A stretch of DNA of 64,000 nucleotides from Bdellovibrionales bacterium (GCA_031426555.1 JANPLN010000036.1:1-64000), one strand, 5' to 3'. Counted from the stretch's first letter, positions 28,350-40,751 are shown. A program made the numbers and translations. Notes: generated by a model from the sequence alone, not told the origin.

Positions 28350-29443
28350 TAGCGTGCCTTTCCCAGAAAGTCTTTGATGGACCCTAAGATGTGTTCTTTG
28401 TTTTTGATGCGACTTAAAACAACCTTTTCTTCAGCCGGGAATTCTTTTTCCAGATCTTTGTAAAACTGTCCACTGCCATATTTACTTTCTACCTGCCCGT
28501 AACCAAAAAAATTAACTTTTGGAAGAATTTGTTCCTGCAAAAAACGCATACACATTTTTGTGTCGTCACTGCTCCAATTGTCACCGTCACTAAAATGAAA
28601 TGGATAAATATTCCACTGGTCGGCTGGGTAATCACGCTCGATCATTTCATAACATAGCTTATAGGCAGAGCTGATCAACGTGCCGCCCGACTCGCTTGTT
28701 TTAAAAAAAGTGTCTTCATCCACTTCTTTTGCTGCAGCGTCGTGTACAATAAAACGAGTTTCCAAACCTTTGTAATGTTTTTTAAGCCAGGTATTAATCC
28801 AAAAGCTTTCAAGGCGAACGATTTCTTTTTGCTCTTCGCCCATGGAACCCGAAACATCCATTATATAAATCACCACAGCATTAGCTTGGGGCTGCTCAAC
28901 TTTCTTAGCAGAACGGTAACGAAAGTCTCCCCGAATTGGAATAACCACTGGATTTTTGGGATCGTAAATTCCGCTGGAAATATACCTTTTGAGTGCCCTC
29001 TTGTAAGACGACTTAAAGTGCTTCAGAGAGTCAGGCCCCGTTGGTGCCATGCCCGTGTAATTATTCTTTTCGCTCTGGATCTTTCCGCCCTTAGGTTCGA
29101 TGCGCGGAAGCTGAAGCTCTTCACCTAAAATGTCTGCAAGTTCATCAAAGGAAATATCTACTTCGAGACTGTGTTCACCGGGATCGCTTCCCGCCTGGCC
29201 TTGACCAGGTTGCGCCTCGCCGCCCACAGGATCACCATCTTTGCCGTCGCCTTGGCCCACGCCACCCTGTTGCTTGGGGCCGTATTTAAAACGCGGAATA
29301 TCGATGTATGGCACCGGGATTTTAACATAGTCTTTTTCGCGTTTTCCAATAAGTTCATCATGCGTGACGTATTTTTTAAAATTCTCACGAATTTTACCAC
29401 GCACGATATCTCGAAAACGTCCCTGATCGCGTCGGATAGACAT
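28349..29443 (-). CDS. DUF444 (YeaH/YhbH) vWA-like protein
   Basis: MDVSGSM, ESGGT and FSDGDNW motifs. Confidence 0.93.
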   Translation of the reverse strand: MSIRRDQGRFRDIVRGKIRENFKKYVTHDELIGKREKDYVKIPVPYIDIPRFKYGPKQQGGVGQGDGKDGDPVGGEAQPGQGQAGSDPGEHSLEVDISFDELADILGEELQLPRIEPKGGKIQSEKNNYTGMAPTGPDSLKHFKSSYKRALKRYISSGIYDPKNPVVIPIRGDFRYRSAKKVEQPQANAVVIYIMDVSGSMGEEQKEIVRLESFWINTWLKKHYKGLETRFIVHDAAAKEVDEDTFFKTSESGGTLISSAYKLCYEMIERDYPADQWNIYPFHFSDGDNWSSDDTKMCMRFLQEQILPKVNFFGYGQVESKYGSGQFYKDLEKEFPAEEKVVLSRIKNKEHILGSIKDFLGKAR

Positions 29444-29452
29444 CGACTCTCC

Positions 29453-31525
29453 CTACTTGTTCTCTTTCACATCTCCTCGAGCAAAAATGCTCGCCACATA
29501 CTGCAATACATCTGTTGCCGAGATTTCGTCGTAGCCAAAATCCTTGATCAGACGTCCTTTGACGATGTCGATTTTTTCTTGAGTTTCTTTATCGACTTCG
29601 GAAGTAACAAGGGATGTAAGTTTAATGCTATCTTTTTGATCTTCGAACAATTTAAGTTCCAAAGCTTTGTGCAGACGCTCGTTCATTTTGTAATCGAACT
29701 TTTTACCCTCGAGAGCATTGGCGCCAATGTAATTCATAATTTCGCGTCTAAAATCGTCTTTGCGTGATTCCGGAATATCGATTTTCTCTTCGACAGCGCG
29801 CATGAGTCTTTCATTAGGTTCTTCATCTCGACCGGTGAAAGGATTTTTAACGCGCTCTCGCTGCGTGTAGGCCTTCACGTTGTCGATGTAGTTTCCACAC
29901 AGACGCGCGAGGGCTCCTTCATCGGCACTGATCGCCCGTTGAACTTCCGATTTGATCATCTCTTCGTATTCTTTACGGACAACGTCGATCAGTTCTCGAT
30001 ACTCTTTTTTAAGCTCTTCGTTAGAAAGTAACGAGTGGTGCTTGAGGCCCGATTCGAGCTCGTTGAGAACCATAAACGGATTCACCGAGCCGCGATTGTT
30101 CTGTTGCGACTGAATCAGTGAATTTGAAATCTTATCTTGAATATAGCGTGGAGAAATACCCTCAAGTCCCTCGCGAATTGTATCTTTTCGCAATTCCTTG
30201 ATGTTGTCTTCGGTATAGTTAGGCAACGTTTTACCATCATATAACTTCATTTTTTGTAAACGCGTGAGGTTGGCCTTTTTTGGCTTTTCTAAACGCGTAA
30301 GTACCGCCCACATTGCTGCCACTTCGATGGTGTGCGGAGCAATACTAATTCCACGAATGCGCTTTTTGTTAAAATCTTTCTCGTAGATTTTTACTTCTTC
30401 GCGAAGCTTCGTTATATACGGAATATCAATTTTTACCGTTCTATCGCGAAGGGCTTCCATAAATTCATTGTTTTGCAACTTGCGATATTCGGGTTCGTTC
30501 GTATGACCAATAATCACTTCATCAATGTGCGTTTGTGCGAATTTTTTTGGTTTTACAACGTGCTCTTGCGAAGCGCCGAGAAGGTCGTACAAAAAGGCAA
30601 CATCCAGCTTGAGCACTTCAACGAACTCGATCATCCCGCGGTTTGCAACGTTAAATTCACCGTCAAAGTTAAAGGCGCGTGGATCCGAATCGGATCCGTA
30701 CTCTGCAATTTTTCGGTAATTCAAATCGCCAGTTAACTCGGTACTGTCTTGGTTCTTTTCGTCTTTTGGTTGAAAAGTACCAATTCCGATTCGATCAGAT
30801 TCGCTGAGCACCATGCGCTTAACGCGAACGTGCGATAAGACCTTGGAAAGATCGCCATTGTAGCGCTCCATTAGGCTTCTAAAAATAAAGCGACTTGGTG
30901 GAGATAGCTCTCCTTCGATTTTGATTCTATATTCGCCTTGCATTCCGCGATTGATTTCTTCTTCCACTTTTCCGCGCAATGCCATGGGAATTAATAACAG
31001 TGGCTCCTCATGCATGGGGCTTACGATGCTCTTAACGTTGGCGCCTAACAAGCCATCTAGGGTTCCCGCTTCGTCCACCCATTCAAATGTATAAAGGGCG
31101 CCCGATTCGCTGCGAGAATATTTTTCGAGGCCTTTTTTAAGTCTTCGGCAAATTGTCGACTTTGCACTTCCCACGGGTCCGTGAAGAAGGATGACACGCT
31201 TTTCAGTCCCATAACCTAGGGAAGCTGCCTTAAGCACATTCACAAGTTTCATCAACGGGATATCGAGACCAAAGACGCCGTCTTTGCCGTCGTTTTCTAA
31301 ATCATCAAAAAAGTGATATCGGGAAACTTTCTTTTTTGTATCGACATAATCTGAAGAGCCGTGCTCCACGATCATATCGTACATTCTTTGATAAGCATTT
31401 CGGGTGATCTTCGGCTGCACCTTGATCATTTTTAAATAGTCGTCGAAACTTCCATGCCAAGTGAGGTCTTTGAAGTCTTCACTGCCCTTCCAACCCTTTA
31501 GAATATCCGTTAGGCTGATTGTCAT
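29453..31525 (-). CDS. prkA: PrkA/YeaG AAA+ serine protein kinase
   Basis: GPVGSAKS and [11 protein letters not shown] motifs; AAGGAGG RBS before MTISL. Confidence 0.93.
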   Translation of the reverse strand: MTISLTDILKGWKGSEDFKDLTWHGSFDDYLKMIKVQPKITRNAYQRMYDMIVEHGSSDYVDTKKKVSRYHFFDDLENDGKDGVFGLDIPLMKLVNVLKAASLGYGTEKRVILLHGPVGSAKSTICRRLKKGLEKYSRSESGALYTFEWVDEAGTLDGLLGANVKSIVSPMHEEPLLLIPMALRGKVEEEINRGMQGEYRIKIEGELSPPSRFIFRSLMERYNGDLSKVLSHVRVKRMVLSESDRIGIGTFQPKDEKNQDSTELTGDLNYRKIAEYGSDSDPRAFNFDGEFNVANRGMIEFVEVLKLDVAFLYDLLGASQEHVVKPKKFAQTHIDEVIIGHTNEPEYRKLQNNEFMEALRDRTVKIDIPYITKLREEVKIYEKDFNKKRIRGISIAPHTIEVAAMWAVLTRLEKPKKANLTRLQKMKLYDGKTLPNYTEDNIKELRKDTIREGLEGISPRYIQDKISNSLIQSQQNNRGSVNPFMVLNELESGLKHHSLLSNEELKKEYRELIDVVRKEYEEMIKSEVQRAISADEGALARLCGNYIDNVKAYTQRERVKNPFTGRDEEPNERLMRAVEEKIDIPESRKDDFRREIMNYIGANALEGKKFDYKMNERLHKALELKLFEDQKDSIKLTSLVTSEVDKETQEKIDIVKGRLIKDFGYDEISATDVLQYVASIFARGDVKENK

Positions 31526-31756
31526 TGTCCCTCCTTGGTGTAGTTTGGAAGCTTCCGACACAAGCTCTTAGTCTTATTATGCACCATCTGCATTTGAGAC
31601 TCAATTTTAGTCCGTATGTGTCTCGCTTTTCGCTCTATCTTTAGACACTGGTCTAGGCATAAAGAAACATTGAGATTTGTTATGGTCTATAGAAGCAATT
31701 GTTATACGGAGAGACTCAAACCTTCAGTTAACCAATGCCTGAATTGTTTCAAGCTC

Positions 31757-32443
31757 TTAGAGAGTTATTTTTTCGAAACCGTTTGGCGAAAGCCATTCAA
31801 AACTCACTTTTCGTTTTTTATCCACGGTGTATTCCATCGTGATGGACGAGCGCTCACTGTTCACTTTCAGGTACCGCTTGCCTTCATTGCGTTGCAGTTC
31901 CAAAAATAAATCGGCTGTTTCGCAATTCATTTTTTCTGTGTCCATCCCTCGACATTGCCACGGCGGAGGCAGCGGGTAAGTTTCAGAAAATATCGCGATG
32001 ATTTGATGTGGTGTGAGTTTTGTTTTTAACAACCTCTCAAGGGCTCGCGAACCATCGTTGGATCGATAGTCCTTCCCCTCAACAAGATTTACAAACTGCG
32101 CCTCTTCGTTGCGCAAAATCAGTGTGCCCAGTGGAATATTTAACATTCCGAAGTTAACATCAATGCGGAACAGCTCCGGCTGCGAGGTGGCTAGGTAAAA
32201 TCGAATGTGATCCGTTTTATTCTTTTTCTTATCTAGAACTTCGGCTCGCCCCGAAAAAAACTTTGTATTTTCTGGAATTACGACTTTAGGAACTGTGGCG
32301 CAAGCCGGAAGAAATAAAAGAGCAGCTAGCCATCTCGTGGGCCACTTACTGATTCGCAGGAAGCCGACGTTGTTTTTCGATCCGCTTTTCTGTTTGAATG
32401 CGTTGCTCGACGGTATCAATTTTAGCTCGTATTTTTTGCGCAT
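31757..32443 (-). CDS. Lipoprotein, possibly LolB-like; start uncertain
   Basis: Lipobox LPAC; overlaps the 3' end of the TPR gene, echoing the TPR-lolB gene order of Proteobacteria. Confidence 0.55.
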   Translation of the reverse strand: MRKKYELKLIPSSNAFKQKSGSKNNVGFLRISKWPTRWLAALLFLPACATVPKVVIPENTKFFSGRAEVLDKKKNKTDHIRFYLATSQPELFRIDVNFGMLNIPLGTLILRNEEAQFVNLVEGKDYRSNDGSRALERLLKTKLTPHQIIAIFSETYPLPPPWQCRGMDTEKMNCETADLFLELQRNEGKRYLKVNSERSSITMEYTVDKKRKVSFEWLSPNGFEKITL

Positions 32444-34175
32444 TGCTTGCATCTTTTTCGTATTCCGCTGCACGGTTGTACATCTCCCGCGCTTTATGAG
32501 GCATTTCAACTCGGAAATATACATCTCCCAAGTGTTCAGCAATGATGCTCTCTTTGGCTTCGATTTGATATGCCTTCTCGAGAGTTCTCACGGCCTCATC
32601 AAGGCGGTTTTGCTTAAACAAAACCCATCCCAATGTGTCTAAGATAAAACCGTCATTCGGACGCAGAGACAAGGCTCGGCGTGCCAGTTTTTCGGCCACA
32701 TCTAAATTCTTCGTTTTATCGGCGTACAAATAAGCGAGATAGTTAAGTCCTTCGACATGGTTTTTATCGATTTCGAGAAGGCGTTCCATTTTTACCACTG
32801 TCTTATCCGATTGCCCCAGCTGGTCGTAAACTGAACCCAATTGATAAATAATCTGTGTATCGCCTGGAAATTTAGCGAACCCTTTTTCAAGGAGATTTTT
32901 AGCATCATCGAATTGTTTTTGGTTTTCTAAAAACGATCCGTAGAGCGAAAATATCTTCGCATTGTCGTCTAAAAATTCAATGTGGCTTTCAAGAAGTGCA
33001 ATCGCTGCATTGGGATTATCGAGAAGTTTATAAAGATAAGCCATGTGCATCACTGAATCTGCAAAATATTTGCTCGATTTCGGGATTTCTTTAAATTGTT
33101 GAATGGCTGCCGGAAAATCTTTGATTTCTTCGTAAACCGCGCCCAAATAAAATCTCACGCGATCGGACTCAGGCGTTTGATGCAAAATATTTTCCAGAAG
33201 AGGAATGGCCTGTTTAAAGTCTTTTTTATCTACCAAAATAAACGCCATTTTCAATTGAGCATTTAAATTGCCTTGATCCAGCTCGTTGATCGTTTTTAGA
33301 TGCTCAAACGCTTTGTCGTAATCTTCTTTGGTAAGGTAGGCCTGGACTAAACTTTCTGCGATGGATACTTCCGGTCCATGTTGTTTTTGATAGGACTCAT
33401 AAAGTGCAATGGCTTTGTCCATTTGGTTGCGTTTTTCATAAATCGAGCCAAGCTCAACAACACTTTGAACAAAGTCTTGCTCATAACGAAGCGAGGTTTT
33501 AAACGCTGTTTCGGCGTTGGCCATGGCGGCTGGCGTTTTTTTCATCAGGTAGGTTTTGCCCAAGTAGTACCAAACAATGTGCGACTTGTGGTTTTTACGG
33601 GCAAGAACTTCAAAGTATGTCGCCGCTTTGTCGATTTTGTTTTCGTCCAGGTAAGTGGCTCCGAGAAGGATCTGCGCTTCTTGATTTTTAGGATCCAGAG
33701 CAAGAAGGTCCTCGTAACCCTTGCGCGCCTTATCATGAAACCCCAAAACGGAATTTAAGCTGGCTTGAAGAATTCGCGCCTCTGCGAAGTCCTTTTTGAT
33801 TTTTATCGCCTCTTCGCAGTGTTCAAGGGCTTGTCCCACCATCCCGGCACGAACATACTCACTGGCGAGTCTAAAATGACTGCGAAACGAAGTCTTGTCG
33901 TGAACGATGCTTAATTTATAACTTTCGATCGCTTTTGCCCATTCACCTTGCATGCTGTACGATTCAGCAACTGTGAAATGATAGTCGGCATCACTCTGAT
34001 TTTGAACATTTTGCATCTCCTCATGTTTTGTGGGTGGAGACAGACTTTCTGGTGCATCGCCTTTAACATTGTAGGCTTCACTCTTAAACAAACCCGGAGA
34101 CGAAACATCCCATGAGGCACATCCAGAGACCCCCAAAAACAGCAGTGTAATTCTTAGAACTTTATTTAGACGCAT
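32346..34175 (-). CDS. Tetratricopeptide-repeat lipoprotein
   Basis: Lipobox VSGC; many TPRs; LNYLAY...DTLGWV...EHLGD C-terminal pattern; AGGAG RBS. Confidence 0.9.
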   Translation of the reverse strand: MRLNKVLRITLLFLGVSGCASWDVSSPGLFKSEAYNVKGDAPESLSPPTKHEEMQNVQNQSDADYHFTVAESYSMQGEWAKAIESYKLSIVHDKTSFRSHFRLASEYVRAGMVGQALEHCEEAIKIKKDFAEARILQASLNSVLGFHDKARKGYEDLLALDPKNQEAQILLGATYLDENKIDKAATYFEVLARKNHKSHIVWYYLGKTYLMKKTPAAMANAETAFKTSLRYEQDFVQSVVELGSIYEKRNQMDKAIALYESYQKQHGPEVSIAESLVQAYLTKEDYDKAFEHLKTINELDQGNLNAQLKMAFILVDKKDFKQAIPLLENILHQTPESDRVRFYLGAVYEEIKDFPAAIQQFKEIPKSSKYFADSVMHMAYLYKLLDNPNAAIALLESHIEFLDDNAKIFSLYGSFLENQKQFDDAKNLLEKGFAKFPGDTQIIYQLGSVYDQLGQSDKTVVKMERLLEIDKNHVEGLNYLAYLYADKTKNLDVAEKLARRALSLRPNDGFILDTLGWVLFKQNRLDEAVRTLEKAYQIEAKESIIAEHLGDVYFRVEMPHKAREMYNRAAEYEKDASNAQKIRAKIDTVEQRIQTEKRIEKQRRLPANQ

Positions 34176-34194
34176 TACGTCTCCTATGATGTTT

Positions 34195-34222
34195 TTATCG
34201 GAAGACGATGCTTGCAAATTGA
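34195..34222 (-). promoter_or_regulatory. sigma28 (FliA)-like promoter of the TPR gene
   Basis: TCAA-N16-TCCGATAA on the minus strand, 19 nt before the ATG. Confidence 0.45.
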
Positions 34223-34379
34223 GTGATTTTCTAAGATCTAAACTTAGGTACAGTCCTGTTTTTTACAGTAATTACAATAGTTTATGCCTCCTATAAGTTT
34301 TGATGAAGAACTTTTATGGTTCCGTTTTAGGAGCTTAAATTTACGACAAATTGTTAGATTTGCTTGATTATTCGACTGC

Positions 34380-34408
34380 TTGACAACACATGGCGGCAGC
34401 TCTATGTT
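34380..34408 (+). promoter_or_regulatory. sigma70 promoter
   Basis: TTGACA-17nt-TATGTT. Confidence 0.55.
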
Positions 34409-34460
34409 CGCGCTGTGCTATAGATTTTTAACTCGTTTTTAGTCGAGATGGGAGGACCCT

Positions 34461-34985
34461 TTGTTAAATACAACTCAGGATAAAAAAGTGAAGATCATTA
34501 AAAGATATCAAAACCGTAAGCTTTATGACACTCAGCAAAGTTGCTATGTGACGCTGGACGATATCGCCAAAATGATCCGCTCTGATGAAGAAGTTATGGT
34601 TATTGATAACAAAACCAAAAACGACATCACCGCTGCAACATTGACGCAGATCATTTTTGAATCTGAAAAGAAGGCTTCTCAGTATGCTCCTCTTTTCACG
34701 CTTCGCGAAATCATCCAATACGCTAACGGCAGCATTTCTAGCTATCTTGCAAAACTTGGTGCGTTTCCTAAAGAGTACATCGTTAAAGCTGCTCAGCCTT
34801 CAACTTCGAAATCAACTCAACAAGAGTCTGTGATCGATAAAGCTGCTCAGTCTTATGACACTGTGAAACAATCTATCGAAAATAGAATTGCACAGGCAGC
34901 AACCCAAGAAAATACAACTGGCTACACAACTCTTCCAGTTCCTGAAGAAACGCCAAGCTTGCCAAATCCAAACAACAAGTTCTAA
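34461..34985 (+). CDS. PhaR/PhbF-like DNA-binding domain protein
   Basis: IIKRYQNRKLYDTQQSCYVTL; GGAGG RBS before TTG. Confidence 0.88.
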   Translation: MLNTTQDKKVKIIKRYQNRKLYDTQQSCYVTLDDIAKMIRSDEEVMVIDNKTKNDITAATLTQIIFESEKKASQYAPLFTLREIIQYANGSISSYLAKLGAFPKEYIVKAAQPSTSKSTQQESVIDKAAQSYDTVKQSIENRIAQAATQENTTGYTTLPVPEETPSLPNPNNKF

Positions 34986-35010
34986 TCAGCCTAAACCCTG
35001 AGTTAGCTTC

Positions 35011-35040
35011 AAAAAACCCGCACCTTGCGGGTTTTTTTTT
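35011..35040. terminator. Bidirectional intrinsic terminator
   Basis: AAAAAACCCGCA-CCT-TGCGGGTTTTTTTTT. Confidence 0.85.
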
Positions 35041-35050
35041 AGGCTGTGCC

Positions 35051-36286
35051 TTAATAAGCGCGTTGAGTGACGAAGCTTTTTTTATTCGCGGCGATTGTAA
35101 CTTCACCTTCCCAAACAATTTGCGATGAATTGTACGCTTGAACTTTCACTTGGTGCTTACCTGGGGCCAAATACATTCTGGCCACTTGAAAGCTTGAAGG
35201 CAAAGTGGACCACTGTCTGAGATCTGCTGTGTCCATGGCGTCAAAAACAAAGGTCGCAAGGGCCGCAACTTGTAACGCCGAATTGTCGTTTCGGCGCGCG
35301 GACTCACGAACTGCGATGCGGCTGGCTTGGCGGGCCAGAGCTCGAGCCACAAGTTTTCCAAAAATCGCTTCCATTGTTTGAATCGAGACTAAATCCAAAT
35401 CATAAACTTTTTCGGAGTGTGCCGTTTGGCCAGCGATAGTTACGTCGACAGAGCCCACGGATTTTGGCACCGGCACCATCATTGGGAAAGTTCTATTATC
35501 AGGCCGAGTCTGTTTACGCGCAATCCACCCCTGCTGGAAAATAAAGACAAACTCGCCTTTGCCTTTAATATTTTTGGCATCCAAATTTTGTGCGATCTGT
35601 GGCCATTTCTTTTGGAATTTATTAAAATCTGTTTCGCGTCCCGAGCGCTTTGCTGATTGCAAAACATCTCGCTTAATCACGTCGACTTCGGGGGCCATTT
35701 CGTGGGCTTTGGCATACAAAACAAAAGCGTTGTCCCAATCTCCCTGCGCCTCCCAAAGAAGACCTGCAAGATAGGCCGCAAAGGAGGCCTGGCGTTTTTT
35801 GGTGTTTGAATCCATTTCGGTGGCTAATTTATTTAGTTTTTCGTTGAGTCGACGTGCCATAACCTGGGCGTTGTCGTAATCCCCAAGCATCAAGTAATTG
35901 AGAGCGCGATATACCGTGATGAGTACAAATTCAAAAATCTCGGCCTTATATTGAGTGAGACCTTCTTGAACCACCATGGCTCCGGTCTCGCGAGAAACGC
36001 TAGTGTAGTCATTGAGCTCCGCCGCTTTTTCGGCTTCAGCAAAGGCTTTGTTGCTCTCTTCGTAACGACCGGCCTGATGAAGTGCGGTGGCGTACTCAAG
36101 CAAGTAGGCCAACTGATCCCCTTGAGCACTTTCGTATTTTTCTTTAAAAGCTTTGATAGCCTCGTCGTATTGGCCCGACTGCATAGAGTCTCGCGCACTA
36201 GAAACATAGTTCTGGTACGAAGCGCAGCCTAAAATACAAAAGGCGCTTAATAAAAGAAAGCGCCCTAAAACCTTATTTACGGTCAT
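35051..36286 (-). CDS. COG3014-type TPR lipoprotein
   Basis: Lipobox ILGC; ADLRQWSTLP motif; downstream of lpoB. Confidence 0.8.
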   Translation of the reverse strand: MTVNKVLGRFLLLSAFCILGCASYQNYVSSARDSMQSGQYDEAIKAFKEKYESAQGDQLAYLLEYATALHQAGRYEESNKAFAEAEKAAELNDYTSVSRETGAMVVQEGLTQYKAEIFEFVLITVYRALNYLMLGDYDNAQVMARRLNEKLNKLATEMDSNTKKRQASFAAYLAGLLWEAQGDWDNAFVLYAKAHEMAPEVDVIKRDVLQSAKRSGRETDFNKFQKKWPQIAQNLDAKNIKGKGEFVFIFQQGWIARKQTRPDNRTFPMMVPVPKSVGSVDVTIAGQTAHSEKVYDLDLVSIQTMEAIFGKLVARALARQASRIAVRESARRNDNSALQVAALATFVFDAMDTADLRQWSTLPSSFQVARMYLAPGKHQVKVQAYNSSQIVWEGEVTIAANKKSFVTQRAY

Positions 36287-36289
36287 CCA

Positions 36290-36886
36290 TTAAATGCCAA
36301 CGCGGCGTTTTTTGAATTTCTTGCGGATTTCTTTTTGGTCTGCCCACTCATGTTCGCTGGTCTTAAGATTCGTCAGCATCAATGTCAGTTTGTAATAAAC
36401 TGTCTTTTCTTTACCAACCTCTTTAACGATGGAATCCAAACGACCATTGATAATGTAGTCAGCTCCCGATTGGCCACCAGGACCCTTTTTAGTTTCACCA
36501 GATACCATGCCCGAATTTTGATATTCGTACTCGTCGGCGATGTCTTGGCGAGCTTCTTTATCAAGGAAGCGAACTTTGCCCGAAGACATAAGGTCGACCT
36601 TCACCATATCCATAATGTTTTGACCATCGATCACTTCGGCAGTTTTGTTTTGCAATTTGGTCACCATGACGAGTGGTGGACGTTTGGCTTCGCCGATGGT
36701 GCGGTTTTTCAATAAACTCGCAACAAGCTCATTCACAGCCTTCTGCATGTCGGTTTCCGACCATAAATCGTCGAGTAAATTTTCGTTGTTAACGTCGTCG
36801 TAGGAGCCTTTTGTAAATTGGCGTGTGCCGCAACCTTGAACAAACAGCATGCTTGAAACAAGTGCGATCACAAATAAAGATCTCAT
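36290..36886 (-). CDS. lpoB: Penicillin-binding protein activator LpoB-like lipoprotein
   Basis: Lipobox VQGC; NKTAEVID...GADYIING...YYKLTLML. Confidence 0.8.
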   Translation of the reverse strand: MRSLFVIALVSSMLFVQGCGTRQFTKGSYDDVNNENLLDDLWSETDMQKAVNELVASLLKNRTIGEAKRPPLVMVTKLQNKTAEVIDGQNIMDMVKVDLMSSGKVRFLDKEARQDIADEYEYQNSGMVSGETKKGPGGQSGADYIINGRLDSIVKEVGKEKTVYYKLTLMLTNLKTSEHEWADQKEIRKKFKKRRVGI

Positions 36887-37032
36887 TGGAACCTCCATTG
36901 GTTTGACCTAAATTTATCAACTTATTTGGGAAATGCGAACTTATTTTACCGTCGACCCGACGAGTAGAGGCCAGAGTAGATAACAGCGTAGAGAGCGACT
37001 CAGTGGGATCCCTTCCACTCAGTCGTGTTATC

Positions 37033-37088
37033 CTGCAGTTAGTACTCTGCGGCTAGTATTCTGCGGTTAGTATTCTGCTGTTAGTATT
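37033..37088. repeat. 4 x 14-bp tandem repeat
   Basis: CTGCAGTTAGTACT / CTGCGGCTAGTATT / CTGCGGTTAGTATT / CTGCTGTTAGTATT. Confidence 0.85.
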
Positions 37089-37656
37089 CTTCGTCGCCTT
37101 CCATACTGTCGACGTCGATAACGGGATTGGATTTGATGAGCGGTTGCTCGGGTTCGATCTTTTGAACCTTTGTCACCTCCAGCTTATCATTGAGCTCTAC
37201 AGAATAGCCCATGGAAAGTGCCTTCTTTTTATACTCTTCGGCAAATTGCTTTTTTTGCATGGCATTCATTTGTGCGGTTTTCTGTTCGTTTAAAAGTCTT
37301 TGGTTAATCTTGTTTTCAAGACTTTCAACGGCCATACCTCTGAGGTCACTTTCGGCGATGTCTTTTGCAGCAGAACCAACCGACGCCTCTAAACGTAAAC
37401 CTTCTTCCGATGGGTTTGACGCTCCTACAGGCTGATAACCTTCGTTGATTTGCGGTGCTTGTTGATAGTTTTCTACGTGCACTTTTTCGCGCTGGAGTTT
37501 GGATTTTGTTTGCTCTTGTTTACGTATCTTGTCCACTTCGCCGTAGCGGACCGTTGAGGGCTCTTTGGGGTCGGGATTCCCGCCCATAAAAACTACCACG
37601 GTTGCGATCAACAAAACCCCACCACCGACTATATAATTAAGCTTATTCTTTTCCAT
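37081..37656 (-). CDS. Hypothetical membrane-anchored protein
   Basis: N-terminal TM helix; last gene of the mreB-kinase run. Confidence 0.75.
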   Translation of the reverse strand: MEKNKLNYIVGGGVLLIATVVVFMGGNPDPKEPSTVRYGEVDKIRKQEQTKSKLQREKVHVENYQQAPQINEGYQPVGASNPSEEGLRLEASVGSAAKDIAESDLRGMAVESLENKINQRLLNEQKTAQMNAMQKKQFAEEYKKKALSMGYSVELNDKLEVTKVQKIEPEQPLIKSNPVIDVDSMEGDEEY

Positions 37657-37662
37657 CCCTGC

Positions 37663-39579
37663 TTATCGGTTGGTGTTTTCATCTTCTAAAGCAGGAAATA
37701 GGATCTCAAATTGAGTCCCGCGACCAACTTCGGAGTCCACCTTAATTTCACCACCGTGGCTTTTAACGATCCCATAGGAGATGCTCAGCCCCAGACCTGT
37801 TCCCTGGCCCACGTCTTTGGTCGTGTAAAAGGGGTCAAAAATCTTATCAATGTCGGTCTTTTCGATTCCTACCCCGGTGTCGGCTATTTTGATGCTGACC
37901 ATTTCGTCTGCCTGCAAATAGTTTACTTGAATAGAAACGGTACCTTCGCGGGTGAAGATCGCCTGAAAAGCATTCGAAATCACATTCATAAACACTTGGC
38001 TGACCTGATTGGGGTTACCGACAACGAGAGGAATAAAGTCATCGTAGGTTTTCTGGATGGTGATCTTGTCATTTTTAATCGCCCCACGCAAAAGATCCAG
38101 GGTGGAATCGATGCAATCTGTAACGCTGAATTTTTTCTGGTCCTTGTCGCTGGAACGCGAGAAGGTTCGCAGGCCCGTAACGATATCGCGCGTTCGCCGC
38201 GCCCCCTCTTCACAAGAGGCAATGAGCTTTGGAAGATCTTTGGCGATAAATTCGTAGTCGTACTTCTTTTTTACTTTTTCAAAATTATCATTTTTTTTAC
38301 TTAATTCCTGAATCATACCAAGCAGTGAGTTTGTATACTCGCGCAAGTGCTGCATGTTGCTGTAAACAAATCCGATGGGATTATTAAGCTCGTGGGCTAC
38401 GCCGGCCACAAGCTGTCCAAGACCCGCCAATTTCGCCGACTGAATCAGTTGCGTTTGCGTGGCCTGCACCTCTGTGTTGGCTTTTTCGAGATCTATAATT
38501 TTTGCCTCTAAGTCGGAGCGATAGCCGTAAATCGTTTGCGACATTTCGTTAAAGCTTTCGGAAAGTAAGCCGATTTCTGTTTTGCTTTTGATTTCGACTT
38601 GTATGGGCTCACTGTACGTTTTCATCTTTTGTATCGCGTCTACCAGTCGCGCCAAGGGTTGAATAATTTGGTGAGTGAAGAAATAGCTAAAGATAAGTAG
38701 ACACAAAATTAAAAAACCAAAAGCCATGAGCAACAAATACATGACGCGCGAAAAGCTTTTTGTGAGAGCGTTTTTTGAGGCGCCGATAGCAATCAAAAAG
38801 CTTTGCTCTCCCCACTTCACAGCCGTGGAGATAAAACCAAAATTTTGTCCTTTTAATGAAATATCAAAAAAGTGGTTATTACCCCTTAAAAAATCCTGTG
38901 AAAGCTGCTCGCGAGTGAATCTTTCTTCGGGCAGGCTGGTGACGAAGATGTCCCCTTTGGGCCCAAAAAATACAATGTCCATTCCCTGCTGATTCTTGAG
39001 GGTTTTGGTAATTTCGTCTTCGAGCACAATTGATTTTTCGAGATATCCTGTCCAATTGAGTTTTTCGTCTTTAATTTTTTTAATAACACTTAACTGCAGA
39101 TGCACTTTCGCATTGTTTGAAAAATAATAGGCGTGCGAGGTGGTGTCTGTTTCGATCAGTCGGTCCAATAACTTTTCGTCGAGTGTCGACGGCCCCACCG
39201 TAGCAAATTCCCGACTTCCAACTCTAAGAAGGAGAGTTCCATCCTCACTATAAACCGCAAAAGATGAGGGGACTTCCTCTTCGAGTCGTTTTTTAAGAGC
39301 CACTTCGAGTTCTTCGACGGAAGATGTTTTGAGAAGGTAAAGAATTCCATTATCTTCGGAAATCTCGTTGAGTCGGGCTCGTGAAAAGCTTTCGTACTCG
39401 TCGAAAAGGTCTTGGACCTGTTTGGTATAGACAATGAGTCTTTCGAAGATCTCATCTTGCACGGCGGTTTTAAATTGTTGTGCTAGCAGGATCACCACGA
39501 GAACTAATGGCAAAAGCGAAAAAAGCACAATCCAACGGATGAAAAGTGTTCTTAAAGAAATATACTTTTTGTTATTCAC
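37663..39579 (-). CDS. Sensor histidine kinase (periplasmic-HAMP-HisKA-HATPase)
   Basis: AHELNNPI, DTGVGI, FDPFYTTK and GTGLGL motifs. Confidence 0.95.
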   Translation of the reverse strand: MNNKKYISLRTLFIRWIVLFSLLPLVLVVILLAQQFKTAVQDEIFERLIVYTKQVQDLFDEYESFSRARLNEISEDNGILYLLKTSSVEELEVALKKRLEEEVPSSFAVYSEDGTLLLRVGSREFATVGPSTLDEKLLDRLIETDTTSHAYYFSNNAKVHLQLSVIKKIKDEKLNWTGYLEKSIVLEDEITKTLKNQQGMDIVFFGPKGDIFVTSLPEERFTREQLSQDFLRGNNHFFDISLKGQNFGFISTAVKWGEQSFLIAIGASKNALTKSFSRVMYLLLMAFGFLILCLLIFSYFFTHQIIQPLARLVDAIQKMKTYSEPIQVEIKSKTEIGLLSESFNEMSQTIYGYRSDLEAKIIDLEKANTEVQATQTQLIQSAKLAGLGQLVAGVAHELNNPIGFVYSNMQHLREYTNSLLGMIQELSKKNDNFEKVKKKYDYEFIAKDLPKLIASCEEGARRTRDIVTGLRTFSRSSDKDQKKFSVTDCIDSTLDLLRGAIKNDKITIQKTYDDFIPLVVGNPNQVSQVFMNVISNAFQAIFTREGTVSIQVNYLQADEMVSIKIADTGVGIEKTDIDKIFDPFYTTKDVGQGTGLGLSISYGIVKSHGGEIKVDSEVGRGTQFEILFPALEDENTNR

Positions 39580-39583
39580 ATTT

Positions 39584-40687
<1,104 letters not shown>

Positions 40688-40751
40688 TACGTTAGGTTGC
40701 GGCCTTGCGCCTTGCGCGAAAAGTTGGCAGTGCCCCTCAGATGGGATGGCA

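Noticed and set aside
31580..31720. Scattered GAGAC/GTCT half-sites upstream of prkA
   Set aside because: Too degenerate to define a binding site without a genome-wide motif search.
37033..37088. Possible CRISPR array
   Set aside because: 14-bp units with no spacers and no cas genes.
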